In this document: piece after piece, positions 10,211 through 19,013 of the stretch
Position numbering within the stretch: the first letter of the stretch is position 1
Layout: each line of letters starts with the position of its first letter
Assembly: GCA_965233585.1 (NCBI GenBank)
Contig: CBDDTI010000275.1
Span: 1-19,013 of the forward strand
From: a bacterium
Lineage (GTDB): Bacteria; SAR324; NAC60-12
Direction of reading: 5' to 3'
DNA length: 19,013 nucleotides
Position numbers and translations under genes: made by a program
Notes under the pieces: model-generated
What the model saw: only the letters and a program-made list of their open reading frames with translations
Told to the model about the DNA's origin: nothing
The model's database searches: none

Positions 10211-11029
10211 CTTGCTAAACGACAAATATAATTCTCCCCAGACTCTCTCGGTAGAAACGGGCCAGCTCAGACCCAATTTGTTGACACGAATTTTGAGTCG
10301 TTGATCTTGACAGGTTTTAGGTAGTTGAAAATTGGATATGAACAAGTGTTTATCCAGCAGCAAAGAAACTGTTTTTAACTTGATTTTTGCTGTTGATTTT
10401 AAGACTGATTACAATGTTGAAATTGAGAAGTTTATGGAGTTGATGTTGAGAGAAAATTGTTGAATTAAAAATAAAGTTGTTGAAGTTGACAGGCAAACAG
10501 TGTTGACGCTGAGATAGATTTGTTGAGTTTGGTATCAAGTTGTTGGTTTTGATACGAATTTTTATTGTTGAATTTTGCTACAATTTGGCTACCATAGACT
10601 GCAACATTGTTAACCAAACTGCTATGATATATCTATGGTTGAAAATAAGAATTAAGGCTTTTGAGCGAACAGTAATTCTTTTAGAACGCCGACAATATGT
10701 ACTAATTAGGGCACGCAGCTTGTGTCGAGCTGACCGAACTTCAATGAATTCAATTAGAACTATTAATCAAATAAAACTCATTTTAGTGATTGACTAGGTG
10801 AGGGCTTCGAAATCCCAGCTTATCAGAAAAATCGAAATTTCGAAGTAAAATCGGTGGTCGGTTTTTACAGAGACAGCCTCTTAAACTGTTTTAGAAGCAG
10901 ATGTCTCAATTAAGTGCTCCATAATATAAAATTAAAAACATTGGCACCGCTTTCGGCCAGAATTTTCACTTCTGTTTTAAAATCTGTTGAGGTCTGTATA
11001 TGAGCATGTAGTCCAGATGGGTGAAGAAT

Positions 11030-11400
11030 AATGGTTATAGTTATCTAACCTTCATAAACTTTCTATTTTTCTCATTACATCACCCTATACTTGCTGTATC
11101 CGAGAGATGGGTGTGGCTACTTATACTAAATACTTGAATCAAATTAATAGACTACAGAAAAGGCCATTAAGATTCGGGTACATTCAACAAGTAACACCAG
11201 AAGGAGGCTGTGGACTAGTCCTGTGGACACTCCCTCGTATCCCCTGCAGGATCTTCTTCCACCAAGTAAGAACACGGTCTAACGCGATAGGTCGCCGTGA
11301 TCCATACAAAGTCCCATCATGTGTTAAAACAGAAAGATCTAAGAAATGCTTTGTCAACGGATGTCTCTTTGATTTTAAATAGTAGATTGTATTGTTAGAT
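11030..11400 (+). mobile_element. Degenerate L2/CR1-group LINE ORF2 C-terminal fragment
   Basis: GVATYTKYLNQINRLQKRPLRFGY ... PLQDLLPP ... VKTERSKKCFVNGCLF with frameshifts. Confidence 0.7.
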
Positions 11401-11606
11401 TTTAGTATCGGGACAGTTTTTAAGTCTGAGGAGTCGTTCTCTTGACCCAATGCTGATGTGATATTGTGCCTGCTTCCGATGGTCTCTGTAATCTCACTTA
11501 TCCACTTGGTGGGTGATTGACCCTCCAAGCTTCACCAGGCCCTGTTAGCCAGGCGTTTCAGGGTTCTGGGCAGGCCTCAATGGCCACTGGCCACCGTAGC
11601 GGCCGA

Positions 11607-12402
11607 GGGGCCTGTTTCTCGAAGCTCCCGGTAATTACCGGGCCCGTTAAGCTGTTTTGTTTTCCATTAAAATGTATATGACAGATTTTTTCTTTTTGCT
11701 CGATTAAATCTCCCCAATGCACTGATAAGTGTAGCAAAAAAAATATTTCGATAGCGATTTTCCTTCCCCGTGTTTTGATGTGCCAAAAGGGTCAAATTTC
11801 ACTTCCGGTAGGGTACAGAACCGCGAGGCCAAAAACAGGAGATTAGGAACGATTGTGACGTCAATTCAGGACTCCAAGCCTCGCGAAAAACAGATTTCTC
11901 GGTCATTTTCTTATTGTGAGCTAATCAATTTGCTAAGGATTGGTACAATAGGTCGTTGTTTATGAGAAAACGTCGGAGAAGTCTGTTTTTCGCGAGGCTT
12001 GGAGTCCTGAATTGACGTCACAATCGTTCCCAGTCTCCTGTTTTTGGTCTCGAGGTTTTATACCCCACCGGAAGTGAAATTTGATGCTTTTGGTAGATCA
12101 AAATACGGGAAAGGAAAATCGGTATCGAAAAAAAATTTTTGCTATACTTATCAGTACATTGGGGAGATTTGATTGAACAAATAAAAAAAAGTCTGTCATA
12201 TACACTTTAAGGATGGTAGTTTCAAAAGTTTTGAAAATGGTACGGTGCTCTATTTCTCTGTCTTCATCACGCCAGTACAGTTATCAGCTAAAGAAACAAA
12301 ATGGACTTCATTAGAGGTCAGAACACACGCTACTTTTCTTGAGACCTTGATTTCAAAATATGATTTCGGTCCCGTTACCAGGTCCTTCGAGAAACGGGCC
12401 CC
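11607..12402. mobile_element. PIF/Harbinger-like MITE
   Basis: TIRs GGGGCCTGTTTCTCGAAG / CTTCGAGAAACGGGCCCC; candidate 3-bp TSD GAG/CAG with one mismatch. Confidence 0.75.
11671..12206. mobile_element. Kolobok-like fold-back MITE
   Basis: TTAA on both sides (11667-11670, 12207-12210); about 230-bp imperfect TIRs (11671-11900 / 11976-12206) starting A(A/G)TGTATATGACAG. Confidence 0.85.
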
Positions 12403-12496
12403 AGGAGGACAAGTCCCTAGCTATACTTGCCATACTGGTTTCAGGCTACTGCGACGCTGACGAAGGGTTATATTAAATTTGGATAGCTAGTAAACG

Positions 12497-12691
12497 GTGT
12501 ATAAAACGTATAAAACAGGACAGTTTCGGCTTTTTCCTTTGTTATCTCCAAGTAATCCTCAGCGGTTCAACCTTAGGCGCCCTAGAGCCTACGCCACGCC
12601 TCGCGCGAATACCGACCGTTTCAGGCATACCTTTATCAATAGCATGTCTGCGGAAAGTCCTATGCACACAGAATATTTAGACACTATTTAG
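12497..12691 (+). mobile_element. LINE ORF2 extreme C-terminal fragment
   Basis: LFPLLSPSNPQRFNLRRPRAYATPRANTDRFRHTFINS fits the LLP...YNLR...P...TxRF..SFI pattern of L2/CR1-group ends. Confidence 0.6.
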
Positions 12692-12694
12692 AAT

Positions 12695-12847
12695 CACTGG
12701 ATTTGCGATAACGATGCAGTACTCTTCCAACTGAGCTAGTATGTGAGGGGCAAAGGTCATCCTGTTCGGGTCTGAATTTTTTTCAGGCTTTAATTTCACA
12801 ACTGCTTAAGTTGTGAGCATAGCTACGATGATCAAGCATATCTTCAT
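12695..12847. repeat. Degenerate tRNA-derived repeat fragment
   Basis: CCAACTGAGCTA and TTTTTTTCAGGCTT...CTGCTTAAGTTG...CGATGATCA resemble the 13889-14464 family. Confidence 0.5.
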
Positions 12848-13056
12848 GTATGTCGTTTTAGCGTTTAAGACGTATATTACTGAAGAAACGGCAAAGTTGT
12901 TTTACAAACGTTTAATGAATTATCCTACATAACATTGTTTAATCTTGTTACACGGACTAGCGGTGTTACACTGATCAACTATTAAGAAAAAAAACTGAGA
13001 TGTGATCACTGCTTGCAAATCATTTTTTTTCAGTTCAGCCACAAAGTATAAGCTTC

Positions 13057-13367
13057 TTACTTGTCAAAACCGAACACTTCCATTTCATTGACAAGAAAGT
13101 TGCGATTTCCTGTCAAAAATGTCTTACCATTCTGACCTGCTGGGCACTGGTACGTGTGGTTCAGGCTGACATAGCCTTTGTTGCAATTTGGTGTACAGGG
13201 AATATAAAGATCGTGGTTACCTCCAAAGGTTGGCCCAGAGCCACTACAGCAATTGATAGCATAGTCTTCGTGTCCAGCCTTCAGTGGTATCTTTGTTGGT
13301 GGCAGATCGGTTGGGTTGACAAGACTGAACAGGAATGAACCTGGTGCTCTTTTGTATTCTTCAGAAG
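13057..13367 (-). CDS. Terminal coding exon of a TLDc-domain protein
   Basis: Acceptor TTATTCTTTAG| (phase 1); SEEYKRAPGSFLFSLVNPTDLPPTKIPLKAGHEDYAINCCSGSGPTFGGNHDLYIPCTPNCNKGYVSLNHTYQCPAGQNGKTFLTGNRNFLVNEMEVFGFDK*. It carries the TLDc motifs FLFS, GPxFGGxxDL and ExEVF. Confidence 0.9.
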
Positions 13368-13888
13368 CTAAAGAATAACGGAAACACTGTCAATTACTAT
13401 GACTTTAGAGCCTAGCTCTCAAAACTACCATAAAAATTGGCAGATAAATAAATAAAAATAATTTCAATAAACGCATAAAAAATAATAAGATATAAAAATA
13501 AATATCTATGTTTGATTGTTAAACAACTAGTGTCAGGGTTGTATGCTATATATACTTTCCTCCCCCACCCCCTACCCCCGCCTCCCGCCTCCCAGAGGGA
13601 GCTACTGTGTAAAACACCTTTTGTTAATACAGGCGCAAGTTTCCCAAGCGCGTGTGGTCACAGGACGCCAATGTATTCAAATTGCTAAGTAATTAACCTG
13701 TGATCAGACGTTATTTACTCTCGTTCTTGAAAAAAAAGGAGTGACCCTGGAAAAGAGTTTTCATGCAATCCATATGAGCCACGGGTAAATCACAAAACGC
13801 TAATACGTAGCACACAAAATCTCGCTACTGCCAACATTTGAGTGGCTAGTCTGGATTTTGCAGAGACACCGTCAACAATACTAACTTT

Positions 13889-14469
<581 letters not shown>

Positions 14470-14838
14470 ATACTAACTTTGTACGCATGAATTTTCAAAT
14501 CGACCTGATAGTCCAGTTGTAGATTTTTAAGATCACAAATTTTGAGACAATTCAGGAGAACGTTTTAGAGAAAAATGGTCTGTGAATATATTTTTACCAT
14601 AATTTATACTACACCATCCACTCTGCTTCACTTTATTAGTTTCAGTGATAGAATATGGTGGAATATGATAGGATCATAACGTCTTGGTGTCAGCTGACTT
14701 ATCACAACTATGTCTCTAATACGTTCATCAAATGCTAACACCCGATACCGACTCTATGTTTTACCAACACCTTTTGCCAAGTCCCTGAACCGCTTTCTCC
14801 CAGGCCTTTAAGGTCAACTGAAATCGGTGACGTAACCT

Positions 14839-15020
14839 CCAGCGATATCAATCAATGAAAATCAATCATTGATTGCAATCAATATAATCAATAATAATCA
14901 ATGATAATCCATTGATTATTGATTGGTTCCACCAATCAATAAAAATCGATACTCACTCACCAGATCATCTTAATTGCTATTGATTATTATTGGCTTTTAC
15001 AGATAATCAATAACTGATTA
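14839..15020. repeat. ATCAAT/ATTGAT motif cluster (probable MITE remnant)
   Basis: More than ten ATCAAT/ATTGAT motifs in both orientations within about 180 bp. Confidence 0.55.
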
Positions 15021-15539
15021 CGCAACTTTATGGTACGTGGTAGCGTGGAAGTGCGTCATAAATCACAGGCGCATTATTTGTCCAGGGTAATTCGACTGCA
15101 ATCGTTTTTCCCGTTTTTTGATAATTCCTTGTGTTCCCACGGGATTGCCAAAAAACATTGATTCCGGACTCCACTTGTTCCAGACCTGTGTTAGTGTTTG
15201 AGATGGCGAAGAAAGTGGAACTATCTATCTAAAGGCAACCACAAATTCCTTTTCTGATTCTTTCCGTTATACTAAAAAACAAAAAAAATCTGTACGTGGG
15301 AAGTTTTAATTATTTCTCATATACTATTCAAATAGAGTCGAATTGGTACATGGATACAGGTGTGCGCGACCTGATTTAATGACATAGGTAGCAAAGATCT
15401 ATCAAATAGGCCTATATATGCTGTGTTAAACACACATAACTTAGATATGATTCTTCAACTTAAATATATGCCGGTAGTAATGAATCCGGCCAGAATTGCC
15501 TCCAGTGACTGGAAATCCTAGAAATGCTATAGTCTGTGA

Positions 15540-15671
15540 TACGCCTTATCTTCAAAACGAGTTCGGTGACCCCCGATTTCTTTTACGTTTTTAATCTAAT
15601 TTAATCATTTTCTACCTGCAGTCAAAGTTTTAAAAAAATCTGTACGTGGGAACTTTTGGGCGCGAACGTCC
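15540..15671. mobile_element. Right end of a Kolobok-like MITE
   Basis: Ends GGCGCGAACGTCC|TTAA; AAAAAAATCTGTACGTGGGAA is duplicated at 15282-15302 and 15632-15652. Left end not found. Confidence 0.45.
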
Positions 15672-16554
15672 TTAAAGTGAATATTGGGGAAACGTTTTAC
15701 GCATTCATGAAGAGAGGAGAAGGTGGGAATGCGTTAAAAGTTACCAATGATCGGAGGCAGCTCGGCCCCCTTCAAATCGAGCTTGTTAGTCCTTTTTCAG
15801 CTTTTTGGCTCTTACACGAAAAGATTACTGTGTAAGTTTGAAAAAAAACAGAATCGAAATGTATCGTTGATGTTGTTTTTAGATCGTGGTTTCCACCACT
15901 GTTAACCGCAAATAAAAGAACATTTCTCTCTTTTTTTGAGATTAACTAATCAGCAAGTGCTCATTGAAAGTTGCTGTGTGCCACCTTGACCGGGGACTGA
16001 AGAAAGTAGAAATTACCAGTTAATAACATGTTCTCGTTTAGAGATAATCAAACGTTTTAGTATTAGTAAGCTTGCAAACAGTTGTGGAAATGCTACAAAT
16101 TTCAAACATTCGATTCGTAATAAAATTAAGCATAGCAAATAAAGTTTAGTGACGGGTTTTTTAATTCATATGGTGCGTTTTATTGAAAATAAATAACAAA
16201 TTTCATGATCAATAAAAATCATTATTTTTTTCCAAGAGGGCACGGTAACGAATCCTGCAATCTGATTGGTTCTTGGTGCGGTCCGGATTTTCCTATCTCT
16301 GGCCACGGTCACAGTAACGGCGGGAAAAATCGCGGGTGAAATCGTCATGCTCAGCTAGTTTTCGCGAATGAACTGGCAGTGATCGTCGATCTTTTCTCTT
16401 TTTTATACACTTCCATGAGTGATTAATCAATGCAAGTTTACCTCTGTTCACTTTGAAATCGCAAGGAAGGTCACTGTAAGTAGATTCAATTGAGTATTTC
16501 CAGAAGCATATCACCCTGAAGCGTTTAACCCTGGTTCAATGCTGCCGATTATTC

Positions 16555-16783
16555 CGAACCAATCAAATTTAACTTCCTAATATGGAGCAGGGGCTCTCGC
16601 GTGGATGTGTCATGTTCGCGCGGACTACACGCAGATTCAGTATTTAGCCATGGCGGACACGAGTTGCGAGTTGAGGATAGATATTCGTTTGTGGACCGAT
16701 TTCTGCACTCATCATGAGATTCAAACGAACGTTTTCTAGGAGCTGCTAGTGTAATATCAAGGCCAGTTAAGTCTCAAGTGCAG
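16555..16783 (+). promoter_or_regulatory. Promoter-like region and possible first exon
   Basis: CCAAT at about 16559, CTCTCGCG, GCCATGGCGG, donor CAG|GTAGGC after 16783 and a pyrimidine-rich acceptor ending at 17115. The ATG opens only 29 codons. Confidence 0.3.
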
Positions 16784-17963
16784 GTAGGCATTTTTTTGCA
16801 TCAAAACTAATCAATGGAAATCATGCTATGTTGAAGATGTTTGTTTAGAACCTGTAGTAACATGAATATTCGTTTTGTCGTTTGCGGGAAAACCAGGATC
16901 AGTATTGAGGATTAATTTTTCGTGATTTATTCCGATTGTTGACCTTTAAGAAAATCGGACCTAAAGTGGGAGCTTTTTCCATGATTTGTTAGATGTTCGC
17001 GGCAGTTGTGTGATTTCCACCCTCGTTTTATGAAGATAGGTTTTATATAATTTTGTGGCTCGGCTTGTCCCCTTTATATCTTAATTGATGTTTTCTTGTT
17101 AATTTGCTTTTGCAGTGCGTGTCATCCCTTTGTTTGGCCGATGTTCAAGGATTTTGGATCCTGCTTTGGATACTAGTCCATTAAACTGAGATATCATATC
17201 AGTTGCAGTGAATTTTCACTACATATATCATGATCACTGCCTGTCTTGAATTTTTATCTCAAACAAAAATTTACTGCTCTTTGATGTTACTGTTCAGTCA
17301 TCTATGGTTCATTATTTTTGATTTCCCGCTTCTTTTTTTTACTTGTTTTCTTTTTGGCGTTGGTAGTCAGTGGGAGACTACTGACAGAATCGTAAATCAA
17401 TAAATAGTATAAAGTGTTTTATGTGTATACATAACTGTCAACCCACATGAAAGCATCTTCGACAACAGGTCAAAGGTAAACTTTGTACTGTCATACATGC
17501 ATAGATAAAATGATGAGGACCTAAATGAGGGTACGAGCTTTTCATTCACTGCTAATTCACCACGCCCATGATGTACATAATTTCGAATCTTCCAGTTTAA
17601 AAAATATAAATCACAACTGAATATAATATACAACTGAACTTAATGTTGTCATTTGGCTCCAGAATATGGTTTTTGTGCTGCTGTGCTGTTTTTTTCTTTG
17701 TGCTTGTCATTATTTAGCAAATATTAATTTAAAACATACTTTGCAATTAAATTATTATTTTCAAGTAGATGCAAGTCAATGTTGTTCTCACGTCTCCCAT
17801 CTGCAATTTAAGTTACAGGCACTGTTATAGTATGAGGTATATTATTTACATCCAAAACATTCAACCAGGCCTTTCTTTTGAGCCTGATTTCCCTAGCAAA
17901 CCATAGCCAACTTCCCCAAAATTATTATCAATTTGCCATTACTTATTTATTCCTTCGCAATTT

Positions 17964-18209
17964 CGGGAAAGTTCATTTAATATGAAGATATTGAAACTTG
18001 AAGCTTGAAATTTTGGCAGCCCCCCTTGCTAGCGGTTCAGTATTTTAGGAGCCCCCCTCTCCTGTTGGTTTTGAAGTATACAAATTTTCAGACCCCCCCT
18101 CCTAACCCAACAATTTTTTTCAGAGCCCCCCTTTCGGGTGTCTAAAAATTTTTCGGAGCCTCCCCTCAATATCTTCATCCCCCCTTGTCATATTAAATAA
18201 ACATTCCCT
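17964..18209. mobile_element. MITE with GGGAA.GTT.ATTTAATATGA termini
   Basis: GGGAAAGTTCATTTAATATGA and TCATATTAAATAAACATTCCC, with repeated internal (G)AGCCCCCC motifs. Confidence 0.65.
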
Positions 18210-18423
18210 TATTTTGGTTATTAAGAGGATTCCCTCATGAGGGACTGTTTATTTTGTATTGGGTTGGAAGGCGGCTCGTGGTATTTGATAGATAGTTCAT
18301 AACTCCCCTCTTCATCACAAATTATTTTCCTGTCCTCCTGCCCCCCCCTCCCCCCCCGTACCCTAAATTTTTAGGATGACCTCCCCCATGAAAATAAAAA
18401 AGTAAAATTGTTGCACATTTTGA

Positions 18424-18474
18424 TTATGACTTGACGTTTCGTATGTACTCTACATACATTTTCAAAAGTAACCG
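18424..18474 (-). ncRNA. Minimal type I hammerhead ribozyme, variant core
   Basis: Minus strand: ACTT-TTGAAAA-T-GTATGTA gag TACATAC-GAAA-CGTC-AAGT. Confidence 0.7.
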
Positions 18475-18575
18475 TTGAATTTTAAAAACAGCTATTTATA
18501 TATATATATTACAAAGGTGAGGGGACTGGAACCTAGATTAAGCAAATACTTAACAGTAAAATAAAACAGAACAGA

Positions 18576-19013
18576 TTAATAAAGCATCAGCTTTTCACTT
18601 CCGACGTTGACATTGAAAGCTGGCTCAAGTTCTTGAATATATAAGGTCTCTTTTATTTTACAATGATAGTCTGTTTTGCCCTTCGCTAAAATATCAAAAT
18701 GATCCCACTTGATGTTGTGTCCAGTGGCCTTGACGTGGTCAGCAATGGCTGAAGTATTGTCATTTTTAGCGAGGGCCTTAAAATGTTCGGTTTTTCTATC
18801 GTGAAGCCGCCGTTTAGTTTTACCGATATAAAAACCATTACAATCCCAGCAATTTGCTCTGTAAATAACTCTGGATTGTTGTGAACGATTAATACGGTCC
18901 TTGTAAGGAAAGAAAGATTTTATGCATCGAGTGCTCTGAAAAACGATCTTAAGGTTAACACAAGAGTAGAATTTGTACACACAAGATTTCAGGCGTTTAG
19001 CGACTTGGTTGCT
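18576..19013 (-). CDS. GIY-YIG endonuclease domain of a Penelope-like element (5'-partial, runs off window)
   Basis: Open for 146 codons; VIYRANCWDCNGFYIGKTKRRLHDRKTEH...SAIADHVKATGHNIKWD...KETLYIQELEPAFN has the GIY/YIG, CxxC, catalytic R/E and PLE His motifs. Confidence 0.92.
   Translation of the reverse strand, partial: SNQVAKRLKSCVYKFYSCVNLKIVFQSTRCIKSFFPYKDRINRSQQSRVIYRANCWDCNGFYIGKTKRRLHDRKTEHFKALAKNDNTSAIADHVKATGHNIKWDHFDILAKGKTDYHCKIKETLYIQELEPAFNVNVGSEKLMLY

Larger units (their letters stand above)
8117..10596. mobile_element. Palindromic non-autonomous IS3EU-type DNA transposon
   Basis: Termini TATGG...CCATA, perfect 6-bp direct repeat GACTGC (8111-8116, 10597-10602), about 950-bp inverted arms (8117-9064 / 9647-10596) and dense TCAAC subterminal motifs. 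Confidence 0.8.
8059..10880. mobile_element. Kolobok-like non-autonomous element hosting the IS3EU insertion
   Basis: TIRs GAGGCTGTCTCTGTAAAAACTGACC (8059-8083) and GGTCGGTTTTTACAGAGACAGCCTC (to 10880). Flanks are TTGA (left) and TTAA (right). About 340 bp remain once the insertion is removed. Confidence 0.6.
11408..12467 (+). mobile_element. GC-rich non-coding repeat split by nested MITEs, ending in a hammerhead half-core
   Basis: 11408-11606 and 12402-12467 rejoin across a GAG/CAG duplication; the sequence ends GGCTACTGCGACG-CTGACGA-AGG. Confidence 0.45.
18410..19013 (-). mobile_element. Penelope-like retroelement, 3' end
   Basis: GIY-YIG ORF end plus a 3' tail containing a hammerhead motif. 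Confidence 0.9.

Noticed and set aside
8175..10538. Paired ORFs 8175-8381/10350-10538 and 8459-8749/10080-10304
   Set aside because: Their similarity is a by-product of the inverted arms and TCAAC repeats, not gene duplication.
11425..11450. CTGAGGA-GTC...GAC as a hammerhead
   Set aside because: Followed by CCAA rather than GAAA.
13156..13338. 60-aa plus-strand ORF
   Set aside because: Antisense shadow of the TLDc exon.
17510..17620. ATGATGA...CTGA snoRNA-like spacing
   Set aside because: No terminal stem or recognisable rRNA complementarity; expected by chance in AT-rich DNA.

Overview
Eukaryotic, AT-rich, repeat-dominated window, most likely from a stony coral or related anthozoan (inferred from the repeat styles, not verified). 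Most entries in the ORF track are spurious. Host-gene content is the terminal exon of a TLDc-domain gene (minus, 13057-13367, missed by the ORF track) and a possible small spliced gene with a motif-rich promoter at about 2750-3620. The rest is nested mobile DNA: L2/CR1-type LINE 3' fragments, Kolobok-like (TTAA) and Harbinger-like MITEs, a tandem-plus-inverted tRNA-derived repeat with a 12-bp flanking direct repeat, and the 3' end of a Penelope-like element (GIY-YIG). Highlights: (i) a 2.48-kb palindromic IS3EU-type element (TATGG...CCATA, GACTGC target duplication) built from two head-to-head copies of the same end, with a sharp step in arm identity; (ii) hammerhead ribozyme motifs from three different repeat families, one canonical (564-620), one a U3:A8 compensatory-core variant in the Penelope tail (18424-18474), and one truncated half-core (about 12445-12467). 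All calls were made by eye, without database searches.
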